Below are positions 34,162 through 48,192 of a stretch of 64,000 nt of DNA, in pieces. Position 1 is the stretch's first letter. Each line of letters begins with the position of its first letter. The position numbers and the translations under genes are program-made. The stretch comes from an uncultured Pelagibacteraceae bacterium (lineage in GTDB: Bacteria > Pseudomonadota > Alphaproteobacteria > Pelagibacterales > AG-422-B15), in NCBI GenBank assembly GCA_902580665.1, contig CACHLP010000001.1:15912-79911 (forward strand), in the 5' to 3' direction. The notes beneath the pieces are model-generated. The model was not told the DNA's origin, did no database searches, and saw only the letters and a list, made by a program, of their open reading frames with translations.

Positions 34162-34400
34162 GATGAATGTACTATAGTACAATAATATATTACATATGGT
34201 AAGCGATTACGCTTTTTCAATGGTAATTCTATTATACTACTGCAAATCCGAAATGAAATGCCAGTAATAACAAGAAAATTAATGAGAGTGCAGCTAGGTA
34301 ATAAGGAATCATGAACTTGAATTATCAGAGTCTATAATTTTTAAAACTAGTAATTTTTAGATGTTTTAAAAACGTACAAGTAAATTATGCTAAATTTTTT

Positions 34401-34796
34401 ATGTTAAAAAATCGTCAAGATAGCCCTTCAGGAAAATTTTTAAATTTTGAATTTATAAAGGAAGAGAATGAGATTTTGTTTTTTGATATAATATTTCCCC
34501 CAGAGACGGCAAGTCCACTCAATTTAGTTCAAGGCGGTATGATTGATGCGGCTTTAGATGAAGCCACTTCTATGACAGCATATATTGCTTTTAACGAAAA
34601 AAAACTCCCCCTCACAACGGATCATCATGTCTTATTTCATAGGCCAATGCCGTTAGGTAAAGCAACTATTCAAACTAAAATTATAAAATATGGTAAAACT
34701 GTTACTACTATTGAGGGAAAGTTATTTGATCAGAACGAAAAGTTAGTTGCAACTATGCTACACACCGCTTTGCCAACTAATATTCCAAATCAATAA
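34401..34796 (+). CDS. PaaI/hotdog-fold thioesterase family protein
   Basis: LVQGGMIDAALDEATSM... plus a typical C-terminal beta-sheet region, about 130 aa. Confidence 0.6.
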   Translation: MLKNRQDSPSGKFLNFEFIKEENEILFFDIIFPPETASPLNLVQGGMIDAALDEATSMTAYIAFNEKKLPLTTDHHVLFHRPMPLGKATIQTKIIKYGKTVTTIEGKLFDQNEKLVATMLHTALPTNIPNQ

Positions 34797-34805
34797 GCAA
34801 GTATT

Positions 34806-34973
34806 TTAATCAAAGCATTCGACTGCAGTAAATGCACATGTTGAATAATGAAATATTGAGCTAGCTGTATCATTTATTGTTGATGCAATTGTATCAGCAG
34901 TTGTTACCACAGCACACCCACTACATATTAGGAATATTATGAGAATAGTTATTATTTTTTTGTTATCACTCAT
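34806..34973 (-). CDS. hypothetical small secreted/lipoprotein-like peptide (55 aa)
   Basis: ATG 34973 to TAA 34806-34808. MSDNKKIITILIIFLICSGCAVV... has a signal-like N-terminus with an imperfect lipobox (SGC). No SD is visible. Below the track cutoff. Confidence 0.3.
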   Translation of the reverse strand: MSDNKKIITILIIFLICSGCAVVTTADTIASTINDTASSIFHYSTCAFTAVECFD

Positions 34974-34980
34974 ATTATTT

Positions 34981-35218
34981 AGAGGGAGACTTCTGTTGCC
35001 CGGTGCCTCCCAAACCGCGCTTGCTTAATTATATTAAGCAGCGAGCGCTAATTTATTGTTAGCATTTAAAAGTTAGCCCGATAACGGCGGTACAATGCCG
35101 AGAGAAAAACTCACTTTTAAACATTCGTCGATCCTATATCACCCCCTTAAAAAATGGTGGAGGTGCCGGGTACTGCCCCCGGGTCCGTAATGGGTATTAT
35201 GTAAGCCGTTTATCCCTA
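34981..35218 (-). ncRNA. ssrA: two-piece (circularly permuted) tmRNA gene; ends approximate
   Basis: Minus strand shows a T-arm CCGGG-GGCAGTA-CCCGG, then CACCTCC-ACCA (CCA at 35155-35157). An 8-nt spacer TTTTTTAA follows, then GGGGGTG (35146-35140), which pairs with CACCTCC and includes the G3:U alanine-identity wobble. Tag frame GCT AAC AAT AAA TTA GCG CTC GCT GCT TAA (35063-35034) encodes ANNKLALAA. The stop codon sits in hairpin GCTTAAT-ATA-ATTAAGC. Confidence 0.85.
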
Positions 35219-35318
35219 TAGCTAGGATATCCCTAGCTATTTGAATATAGTTTGATATTGTATCTTTTTAAAGAGGCTATTCTTATTATAATATGTCATT
35301 ATTGTTTGATTCACAAAA

Positions 35319-36254
35319 ATGCCTGTAAATAAAGAACAACTGGAAGAGATTGAAGCTTTACGCTCTGAAAAAACTGAGACTAGTAGAGTAACTGCTCCAG
35401 GGTTAGAGGCTGTTTTGTATCAGCCCATTGAAGTTCTCGATCATGGCTTCGTTCGCGTAATTGACTATATGGGCGATGACAGCTCTGTAGTTCAATCAGC
35501 CAGAGTTTCTTATGGTAAAGGTACAAAGAAAATTTCAAATGATAAAGGTCTAATTAAATACTTAATGAGACATCGCCACTCAACCCCATTTGAAATGTGT
35601 GAGATAAAATTTCATATAAAGTTGCCTATCTTTATTGCCCGTCAATGGATTAGACACAGGACTGCAAACGTAAATGAATATTCAGCCAGATATTCAATAC
35701 TTGATAAAGAGTTCTACATACCCTCTGCAGAAAATTTAGCGGCTCAATCACAGATTAATAACCAGGGTCGGGGGGATGCACTAACTGATGATGAAGCGTC
35801 AAATGTTATTCAAATTTTAAAAAATGACGCGGAGCAAACATATTCAAACTATGAGACGCTTCTAAATGAAAATTCTGCAGGTGGGGTTTTGGATGAAGGC
35901 AAGTTGGGTATTGCTCGTGAACTTGCCAGAATGAATCTTACATTAAATACGTATACACAATGGTACTGGAAAATTGACCTTAATAACTTACTTCATTTTT
36001 TAGCTTTAAGAGCTGATGACCATGCACAATACGAGATCAGAGTTTATGCAGATGTAATACTTGATTTGGTAAAAAAATGGGTTCCTCTTACCTTTGAAGC
36101 ATTTGAGGATTATCGCATGGGAGGTACAGAGTTATCGGCAAAAGAAATTCATCTGATGAAAAAACTTATTAAGGGTGAAAAAGTTTCATTTGAAGAGGAA
36201 GGCCTATCAAAACGAGAATGGAGTGAGCTTCAAAAGAAATTTGACCTTAACTAG
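35319..36254 (+). CDS. thyX: FAD-dependent thymidylate synthase ThyX
   Basis: ThyX motif RHRHSTPFE plus ARQWIRHRT...EYSARYS. Confidence 0.96.
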   Translation: MPVNKEQLEEIEALRSEKTETSRVTAPGLEAVLYQPIEVLDHGFVRVIDYMGDDSSVVQSARVSYGKGTKKISNDKGLIKYLMRHRHSTPFEMCEIKFHIKLPIFIARQWIRHRTANVNEYSARYSILDKEFYIPSAENLAAQSQINNQGRGDALTDDEASNVIQILKNDAEQTYSNYETLLNENSAGGVLDEGKLGIARELARMNLTLNTYTQWYWKIDLNNLLHFLALRADDHAQYEIRVYADVILDLVKKWVPLTFEAFEDYRMGGTELSAKEIHLMKKLIKGEKVSFEEEGLSKREWSELQKKFDLN

Positions 36255-37332
36255 TATTAGATAGTTTTTCTAATTTTAGCCTTTTAATTAATGACTCTGC
36301 TAACTCATTAAATATTTTACTGACTTTGTGGTCTGGCACTAAATCGGTCAAAGGATGACCTTTGTCACTCTGTTCCATGAGCAATGGATCATGTGGTAAA
36401 TTTGCTAAAATTTCATAATCATATTTTTCAGCTATATCTTTGGTTTTGCTCTCACCATAAAGACTGTATTCTTTACCAGTGTCTGGCGCTAAAAAATAAC
36501 TCATATTTTCAACTATACCAAGTATCGGGACTTTAGTTTTCTCAAACATTTTTAAACCGCGTACAACGTCTATCAAAGCAATATCTTGAGGTGTTGTTAC
36601 AATAACGCTGCCTGAGATATTAATTTTTTGAATAAGTGATAACTGAACGTCGCCAGTACCAGGAGGTAAGTCAATAACCATAATATCTGCTTCACCCCAA
36701 TTAACTTTATCGATCATTTCATTAATTGCCTTCATGACCATAAGTCCTCGCCAAATAATTGGATTTTCATCATTTACCATATAGCCCATAGACATTGTGG
36801 AAACACCATATCGATCTATAGTTTCTATCTTTTCGCCATCTGAGGAGGGCTTTTCATTCACGCCAATCATTTTTGGAATTGACGGTCCATAAATGTCAGC
36901 ATCTAAAAGACATGTTTTAAATCCCAGAGATTTGAAAGCGCAAGCAAGGTTTACCGCTACGGTTGACTTACCAACGCCACCTTTTCCAGAGGCAACAGCT
37001 AAAATATATTTTATTTTAGAGGTACCAGCGTTATTTGATTTTTTTACCTGAGCAACATTTTCTCTATCATTTTCTGAATTTTCTTTGTGATAAGTTGTAA
37101 TAATATTTACTTTTGTAATGCCTGGGATTTCTCTGAGAGCAACTTGGGCATCGTTATATATTTTTTCATTCTTTTTTTGATCAATTTCATCAAATTCTAA
37201 TATGCAATCAATTTTACCCTCATTGGCGTTGATATTTTTAACCATACCTAATGCAACGATATTCTCGCCTTTACTGTCGTTCATTACTTGTCCAAGTAAG
37301 TGTAATGCTTGATTTTCTAGAGTTTTTGCCAT
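36247..37332 (-). CDS. apbC: Fe-S cluster carrier ATPase Mrp/ApbC (NBP35 family)
   Basis: N-terminal DUF59-like domain, deviant Walker [20 protein letters not shown]. Confidence 0.9.
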   Translation of the reverse strand: MAKTLENQALHLLGQVMNDSKGENIVALGMVKNINANEGKIDCILEFDEIDQKKNEKIYNDAQVALREIPGITKVNIITTYHKENSENDRENVAQVKKSNNAGTSKIKYILAVASGKGGVGKSTVAVNLACAFKSLGFKTCLLDADIYGPSIPKMIGVNEKPSSDGEKIETIDRYGVSTMSMGYMVNDENPIIWRGLMVMKAINEMIDKVNWGEADIMVIDLPPGTGDVQLSLIQKINISGSVIVTTPQDIALIDVVRGLKMFEKTKVPILGIVENMSYFLAPDTGKEYSLYGESKTKDIAEKYDYEILANLPHDPLLMEQSDKGHPLTDLVPDHKVSKIFNELAESLIKRLKLEKLSNTS

Positions 37333-37438
37333 TTTTTTTGAACTTGTATTATAGTAATTAATAACAATATATCATAAGTATACTTGTAATTAATTGCTTT
37401 TAACCATTATTACCATATATAAATATTCAATTAATAAT

Positions 37439-38509
37439 ATGTCTTGGTCTGATAACAAAAACAATGATCCCTGGGGATCTTCTGGCAACGGCAGCGGGAG
37501 ACGTGGCTCTGGTCCAAACATGGACGATGTTATTCGCAATGCTCAAAATAGATTTAAAGGAATGATGCCTGGCTCTTTTTTTGGGAAGTTGGGACCAATG
37601 GTTATTATAGGGATTCTAATACTCATTTGGTTAGCAAGTGGATTTTACAGAGTGCTTCCTGATGAGCAAGGAGTAGTTCTTCAATTTGGAAAATATACAA
37701 AAACTACGCAACCTGGTCTAAATTATCATCTTCCTTATCCAATTGAGAGAGTTTTCACTCCTAAAGTTACAAAAATTAATAGAATAGATGTTGGTTATCG
37801 TCAAAGCCCTGACTCAAGGGTTACAGCAATTCGTGACGTCGAGGAAGAAAGTTTGATGCTAACTGGAGACGAAAATATTGTAGATATTGATTTTTCTGTT
37901 TTCTGGTTAATTAACGATGCTGGAAAGTTTTTATTCAATGTGCAGGCGCCTGAGTTAACCGTAAAAAGCGCCGCTGAAACTGCTATGCGTGAGTCCATAG
38001 GCCAAGCTTCAATTCAATCTATATTAACTGAGGGAAGGACAGAAATTGAAGATAAAACACGAGTATTAATTCAAGAGATATTGGATGAGTACGGAACTGG
38101 AATTACCATAACTCAAGTTCAAACGCAAAAAGCAGATCCGCCAGCTCAAGTTATTGATGCTTTCAGAGATGTCCAAGCTGCACGTGCAGATAGGGAGAGA
38201 CAACGCAATGAAGCTGAAGCTTATGCCAATGACATAATTCCAAGGGCTCGAGGTGAAGCAGAGCAGATACTTCAATTAGCTGAGGGTTATAGGCAAAAAG
38301 TTATAGCTGACAGTGAAGGTAAGGCCGCAAGGTTTTTATCAATTCAAGCAGAGTATGCTAAAGCTCCATCTGTGACAAAAAAGAGAATTTTTTACGAAAC
38401 CATGGAAGATGTTTTTTCTGAGATGGATAAAGTAATTATTGATAAGACTGGAGGGGACTCAGTAGTGCCTTACTTGCCTTTACCAGAATTGAAGAAAACA
38501 CAGGATTAA
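37439..38509 (+). CDS. hflK: FtsH modulator HflK
   Basis: MSWSDNKNNDPWG... Gly-rich N-terminus, TM helix and SPFH domain. I prefer ATG 37439 over the track's 37394. Confidence 0.92.
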   Translation: MSWSDNKNNDPWGSSGNGSGRRGSGPNMDDVIRNAQNRFKGMMPGSFFGKLGPMVIIGILILIWLASGFYRVLPDEQGVVLQFGKYTKTTQPGLNYHLPYPIERVFTPKVTKINRIDVGYRQSPDSRVTAIRDVEEESLMLTGDENIVDIDFSVFWLINDAGKFLFNVQAPELTVKSAAETAMRESIGQASIQSILTEGRTEIEDKTRVLIQEILDEYGTGITITQVQTQKADPPAQVIDAFRDVQAARADRERQRNEAEAYANDIIPRARGEAEQILQLAEGYRQKVIADSEGKAARFLSIQAEYAKAPSVTKKRIFYETMEDVFSEMDKVIIDKTGGDSVVPYLPLPELKKTQD

Positions 38510-38511
38510 AT

Positions 38512-39381
38512 ATGAGAGCGTCTAGAATTTCCCTTATTTTAATTGGCCTAATTGCCATAATTTCTTATTTTACGTTGTTCACTGTTTTGGAAGTAAAAAA
38601 TGCTATTGTCCTTCAGTTTGGTGATCCAAAAAGAGTGATTACAGAACCAGGACTTAATTTCAAGATTCCTTTTATTCAAAATGTTATATTTATTGATAAC
38701 AGAATACTAGATATTGATGCACCTGCAGCTGAGATTATTGCTTCTGATCAAAAGAGACTCATTGTTGATGCATTTGTAAAATTCAAAATTGTAGATGTGT
38801 TAGAATTTTATAAAGCTCTAGGAAATGAAAATGTAGCGAGATCAAGAATATCTGCTGTTGTTAATTCTCGAATTCGTGGTGTCTTAGGTGAAGAACCTCT
38901 GGCATCAGTTCTATCAGAAAATAGATCTAAACTGATGAAACAAATTACCTCGCTTGTTGAAGCTGAAGTAAATGATTTTGGTATTGAGATAGTTGATGTA
39001 AGAATTAAGCGAGCAGATTTACCTGAGGCAAACAGTCAGGCTATTTTCGCTAGAATGCAGACAGAAAGAGAGAGAGAAGCAAGAGAATTTAGAGCACAGG
39101 GTGCTGAAATGGCACAAAAGATTAGATCTACAGCTGATAAAGAAGTTACAATAATCAAATCTCAAGCTGAAAAAGAAGCTAATATAGTTCGTGGTGAGGG
39201 TGATGGCATGGCAAATAAAGTTTTTGCTGAAGCATTTGGTAAAGATCCTGAATTTTTTGCTTTTTATAGAGCAATGCAGGCTTATACTGAAGGTCTTAAC
39301 AGTGACGACACAACTATGATATTGTCTCCTGAAAGTGAGTTTTTTGAGTACTTTGGGGACTTTAGCAGCGTAGGAAATTAA
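38512..39381 (+). CDS. hflC: FtsH modulator HflC
   Basis: TM helix plus SPFH domain immediately after hflK. RMQTEREREAREFRAQG. Confidence 0.92.
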   Translation: MRASRISLILIGLIAIISYFTLFTVLEVKNAIVLQFGDPKRVITEPGLNFKIPFIQNVIFIDNRILDIDAPAAEIIASDQKRLIVDAFVKFKIVDVLEFYKALGNENVARSRISAVVNSRIRGVLGEEPLASVLSENRSKLMKQITSLVEAEVNDFGIEIVDVRIKRADLPEANSQAIFARMQTEREREAREFRAQGAEMAQKIRSTADKEVTIIKSQAEKEANIVRGEGDGMANKVFAEAFGKDPEFFAFYRAMQAYTEGLNSDDTTMILSPESEFFEYFGDFSSVGN

Positions 39382-39406
39382 CTAACATAATCTCCCAAAA
39401 TTAAAT

Positions 39407-39595
39407 ATGACCCAATTCGTATTAGGTTCCTTAGGCATGTTATTAATAATAGAAGGCCTTCTTTACGCCTTGTTTCCAAATAGAATGAAAGCAATGATTA
39501 CCAGTATGTTGAATATGAATAACGACACATTAAAATGGGGTGGACTAATGTCTGCAATATTAGGATTTATAATGCTTTGGATGGTGATTGAATGA
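39407..39595 (+). CDS. DUF2065-family small membrane protein
   Basis: 62 aa with two TM helices. It occupies the conserved hflC-(DUF2065)-degP position of alphaproteobacteria. Confidence 0.6.
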   Translation: MTQFVLGSLGMLLIIEGLLYALFPNRMKAMITSMLNMNNDTLKWGGLMSAILGFIMLWMVIE

Positions 39596-40995
39596 TTAAA
39601 CTGTATTTTATTTTTCCATTATCCATATTATTCTACTTCAACAGTTTATTACTTTCATTTGCTTTTACTGGCCCAGATACATTTGCTGATTTAGCTGAAA
39701 GTGTTTCTCCTTCAGTAGTTAATATATCAACTACAGGAGTAATAGAACAAACTGGTCCTGAAGTCCCATCTATTGAAGATTTCTTTAACTTCCCATTTAA
39801 TATGCCCCGCTCTGAGCCATCAGAACGTGAGTTTAGTTCTCTTGGCTCGGGCTTCGTTATCTCTGAAGACGGTTTTATTGTCACCAATAATCATGTAGTA
39901 GAAAATGCATCCGATATACAGGTTATATTTACAGATGGTACTAAAATAGAGGCTAAATTAATTGCGGCTGATGCTGAAACAGATCTAGCACTTTTAAAGG
40001 TAGATGCAAATAACCTTGATTATCTCGAATTTGGCGATTCTGATACAGCTAAAGTAGGGAACTGGGTAATGGCAATTGGAAATCCTCACGGCCTAGGGGG
40101 AACTGTCACCGCTGGAATAGTTTCTGCAAGAGGAAGAATGTTAGGAGGGAGATACGATGACTTTATCCAAACGGATGCCTCAATAAATAGAGGTAATTCA
40201 GGCGGACCTCTTTTTGATTTAGATGGAAAAGTAATTGGAGTGAATTCTATGATAATTTCACCGAGCGGTGGATCAATTGGTATTGGCTTTGCTATTCCTT
40301 CTAACTTGGCAAAAAATATTATTGCGCAACTAAAGGATAATGGAGAAATAGAAAGGGCATGGCTAGGAGTAAGAATACAAGAAGTAACCGAAGAGATAGC
40401 TCAAAGCTTGGGCCTCACTAAAACCTATGGCGCTTTAGTTCAAGGCTTAACACCAGACAGTCCAGCTCTTAGTGGAGGCATAAGAGAAGGTGATATAATT
40501 ATTGAGTTTAATGGAAAAGAAGTTGAGTCAGTTCAAACGCTTCCCAAATTAGTAGCGGATGCTAATATAGGAGAAAAAAGCACGGTTGTTGTATGGAGAG
40601 ATGAAAAAGAAGTTATATTAAATGTCAATCTTGGTAAACAACCATCCCTTCAAGAGCTTGCTAATATTGAAAATAATGGATCATCAATTAATGTAGCTGA
40701 ATTGGGCATAAAAATACGAACAGTTTCAGATGAAGATAAAGACAGGTTGCAACTGTCATCGACTCAGCAAGGTGTTATAATATCTGAAATAGATAATGAT
40801 TCATTTCTAATAAGACAAAACATAAAAAAAGATGACATCATAATTGAAATACAAAACAAAGTTGTAAGTTCAACAGGAGATGTATTAGAAATTATTGATG
40901 AAGTAATTGCTCAAGGAAAAGAAAATATTTTGATAGTTTTTTATGCTGGTCCTAATTCAAGAAAATATATAGGCGCAAAACTATCACTTGATTGA
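39592..40995 (+). CDS. degP: periplasmic serine endoprotease DegP/HtrA (Do family, two PDZ domains)
   Basis: Catalytic triad context TNNHVV / DLALLKV / GNSGGPL, followed by two PDZ-like regions. Confidence 0.92.
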   Translation: MIKLYFIFPLSILFYFNSLLLSFAFTGPDTFADLAESVSPSVVNISTTGVIEQTGPEVPSIEDFFNFPFNMPRSEPSEREFSSLGSGFVISEDGFIVTNNHVVENASDIQVIFTDGTKIEAKLIAADAETDLALLKVDANNLDYLEFGDSDTAKVGNWVMAIGNPHGLGGTVTAGIVSARGRMLGGRYDDFIQTDASINRGNSGGPLFDLDGKVIGVNSMIISPSGGSIGIGFAIPSNLAKNIIAQLKDNGEIERAWLGVRIQEVTEEIAQSLGLTKTYGALVQGLTPDSPALSGGIREGDIIIEFNGKEVESVQTLPKLVADANIGEKSTVVVWRDEKEVILNVNLGKQPSLQELANIENNGSSINVAELGIKIRTVSDEDKDRLQLSSTQQGVIISEIDNDSFLIRQNIKKDDIIIEIQNKVVSSTGDVLEIIDEVIAQGKENILIVFYAGPNSRKYIGAKLSLD

Positions 40996-41001
40996 TTGTA
41001 T

Positions 41002-41877
41002 ATGTCTAAAGATTTAATAATTATCTTTGGACCTACAGCAAGCGGAAAATCTAAAAAAGCAATTGACATAGCTTTAAATCATAAATCATCGATCATTAAC
41101 TTGGATAGTATTCAGGTTTATAAAGATTTGAAAATCCTAACCGACAGGCCAACAGATAAAGACCTAAGTCAATGCAATCATAGATTATATGGATATCTCT
41201 ATGGCAATGAACCAAGCACAGCAGCGTCATGGTTAAATGATGCAGTAAATGAGATTAAAGAATGTTTCAATAATAAAACACTTCCAATTTTAGTAGGTGG
41301 CACAGGAATGTATTTAAATGCACTTAAGTTTGGCTTAGCTGATATCCCAGATATTGATGATGCAACAAAAAATGAAACCCAAGACTTATTTGATAGTCAT
41401 GGACTTAGATTTCTTTTTGATGAGATAAAAAAAAGTTATCCATCAACTAAAATTCAAGAAAATGATAGACAAAGAATATTCAGAAGCTATTCACTTTTAA
41501 AACAAACTGGTAAAGTGTTAGAGCAATGGCAATTAAATACTTCTCCTGCAATTGACGATATTGATTACCAAATATTAATAACAACTACCGATAGACATAA
41601 ACTGTACCATAAGGCTGAATTAAGAGTTGACCGAATGTTTGAAGACAATGTGGTTGACGAAGTAAGTGATTTATTAAGTAAAGGTTATGTTGATAATAAT
41701 TCTATTATGAAAGCTATAGGAGTTAGGGAAATAAGGAGTTTCTTGAATAAAGAAATTGATCTTGAAGAATGTAAAAATATCATCAAAAAAAATACCAGAA
41801 ATTATATAAAAAGACAGCTGACTTGGATAAAAGGTAATAATATTACGCAAAACATAGATAAAAAGAAATATATGTAA
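41002..41877 (+). CDS. miaA: tRNA dimethylallyltransferase MiaA
   Basis: P-loop GPTASGKS, DSIQVYK, GGTGMY. I prefer ATG 41002 over the track's TTG 40996. Confidence 0.9.
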   Translation: MSKDLIIIFGPTASGKSKKAIDIALNHKSSIINLDSIQVYKDLKILTDRPTDKDLSQCNHRLYGYLYGNEPSTAASWLNDAVNEIKECFNNKTLPILVGGTGMYLNALKFGLADIPDIDDATKNETQDLFDSHGLRFLFDEIKKSYPSTKIQENDRQRIFRSYSLLKQTGKVLEQWQLNTSPAIDDIDYQILITTTDRHKLYHKAELRVDRMFEDNVVDEVSDLLSKGYVDNNSIMKAIGVREIRSFLNKEIDLEECKNIIKKNTRNYIKRQLTWIKGNNITQNIDKKKYM

Positions 41878-41970
41878 TCTTATAATCTTATATTCTTTTC
41901 ATTAATTTAATTATATTTGACTTTTATTACAAATCTACTTAGAAGGTCACTTCTAAATTAAGGGGAATTT

Positions 41971-43739
41971 ATGGTAAACATTCATATGACAGGTGCTCAA
42001 ATGGTTTTAAAAGCATTTGAAGATCATCAAGTTGATACAATATTTGGCTATCCTGGTGGAGCAGTTTTACCCATATATGACGAGTTAGCTAAGGAAAGAG
42101 ATACAAACCAGCCTATTAGGCACTATTTAGTGAGGCACGAACAAGGCGCATCTCATTCTGCTGAGGGATATGCTAGATCAAGTGGTAAAGTCGGGGTAAT
42201 GCTTGTTACGTCTGGTCCTGGAGTTACAAACTCGGTTACAGGTTTAACCGATGCTATGATGGATTCTATCCCTATTGTTTGTATAAGTGGTCAAGTACCT
42301 ACTCATTTAATTGGCACTGATGCTTTTCAAGAATGTGATGCTGTTGGTATCACAAGACCTTGCACAAAACATAATTGGCTTGTTAAAGATATCGATGATC
42401 TTTCAAGAATTCTTCATGAAGCATTTTATGTTGCATCAAGCGGAAGACCTGGACCAGTTTTAGTCGATATACCAAAAGATATTCAATTTCAGACTGGAAC
42501 ATATATTGGCCCTGAGACTGTTAAACATAAATCGTATAGACCAAAGTTAAAAGCAAACATCGATCAAATTGATGATGCGCTAAAGTTAATAACGAATGCT
42601 GAAAAACCTATTTTTTATACTGGTGGAGGTGTTATTAATTCTGGAAATGCTGCTGTTCAATTACTAAGGGAATTTGTTCGGTTAACTGGTTTTCCCATCA
42701 CATCTACGTTACAAGGATTAGGAGCCTATCCAGGTGATGATTCACAGTTTATTGGCATGTTAGGAATGCATGGTACTTATGAAGCTAATATGGCTATGAA
42801 TGAATGTGATTTAATGATTAATATCGGAGCCCGATTTGATGATAGAATAACTGGCAAGATTGACGAGTTTTCACCAAACTCTAAAAAGATCCATATTGAT
42901 ATTGATCCTTCTTCAATTAACAAGATTGTTAAAGTTGATGTGCCATTAATAGGTGATGTTGCTCATGTGTTGGAAGACTCAATAAAGTTATGGAAGTCTA
43001 AAGTCTATAAAATCAATAAGGCCCCACTCAAGGAGTGGTGGAAAACAATTGATAAATGGAAAGAGATAGACTCACTTAAATATACAAATGATAAAAACAC
43101 AATAAAACCACAATACGCAATTCAGAGATTGTATGAGTTAACAAAGGATAAAGATGTATTTGTTACAACTGAAGTTGGCCAACATCAAATGTGGGCTGCT
43201 CAATATTATAAATTCAATAAACCTAACAGATGGATAACATCGGGTGGATTAGGAACAATGGGTTTTGGCTTACCCGCAGCGATTGGAGCGCAGGTAGCTC
43301 ATCCTGATAAACTAGTTATTGATATTGCTGGAGAGGCATCAATCTTGATGTGTATACAGGAAATGTCGACAGCCCTTCAACACAAATTGCCTGTAAAGAT
43401 TTTTATTATTAACAATCAGTACATGGGAATGGTTAGACAATGGCAGGAGCTGCTTCATGATAAAAGGTATTCCCATAGCTATACTGATGCATTGCCAGAT
43501 TTTGTTAAACTCGCTGAAGCTTATGGCGCTAAGGGCATAAGAGCTCAAAAACCACATGAGTTAGATAAAGCCATAAATGAAATGATCGAATATGACGGTC
43601 CAGTTATATTTGATTGTGTTGTGGAACAGAATGAAAATGTGTTTCCAATGATTCCATCAGGTAAAGCACATAATGAAATGCTGCTTGGGGACGAAACTGA
43701 AAAAGAAGAGATCTCAGATGAAGGAAAAGTTTTAGTCTA

Positions 43740-43740
<1 letters not shown>
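41971..43740 (+). CDS. ilvB: acetolactate synthase large (catalytic) subunit
   Basis: ThDP enzyme: GYPGGAVLPIYD, TSGPGVTN, GGLGTMGFGLPAAIGA...NNQYMGMVRQWQ. Confidence 0.96.
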
Positions 43741-45276
<1,536 letters not shown>

Positions 45277-45422
45277 CTAATTTAAGTTTTCAAACTCAAA
45301 AGATATGAAATAGCCTTATATTTAAGTAATTTTGAGTAATTTATTGCGAATTTAGCAATATTCATATATTTATCCCTTATCTTTGAAACAAATTAAAGTG
45401 CATAATTTTGCTATGAATATAT

Positions 45423-45509
45423 ATGAGTAATCTTTTTAATCTATTAAGAGAATGCACTCTCCAATCTCTCTTGCTGTTAAAACTGCTTAGCAGCCCCCAG
45501 GCGACTTAA
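45423..45509 (+). CDS. candidate Leu-rich leader peptide (28 aa) of leuA
   Basis: MSNLFNLLRECTLQSLLLLKLLSSPQAT has 10 of 28 codons as Leu, with 6 Leu in 7 consecutive codons at 45468-45488. It ends 61 nt before leuA. Confidence 0.6.
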   Translation: MSNLFNLLRECTLQSLLLLKLLSSPQAT

Positions 45510-45537
45510 AATTTGCCTCAGGGGGATACTTAATTTT
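45494..45537 (+). terminator. GC-rich hairpin after/overlapping the leader stop (possible attenuator)
   Basis: CCCCC-AGGC (45494-45502) pairs with GCCT-(CA bulge)-GGGGG (45515-45525). The following tract ATACTTAATTTT is only a weak U-run. Confidence 0.4.
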
Positions 45538-45570
45538 AACACAATTAACATATAACCAAGGGATTTAAAG

Positions 45571-48179
<2,609 letters not shown>

Positions 48180-48192
48180 TTAATGAAAAGGT

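Noticed and set aside
41917-41961. TTG-initiated 14-codon mini-ORF (xTFITNLLRRSLLN) and a 7-bp hairpin TTAGAAG-GTCA-CTTCTAA (41939-41956) just upstream of the ilvB RBS
   Set aside because: It is tempting as an ilv leader/attenuator. However, there is no run of Ile/Val/Leu codons, no ATG and no U-tract. The hairpin may simply be the miaA 3' end. It is too weak to call.
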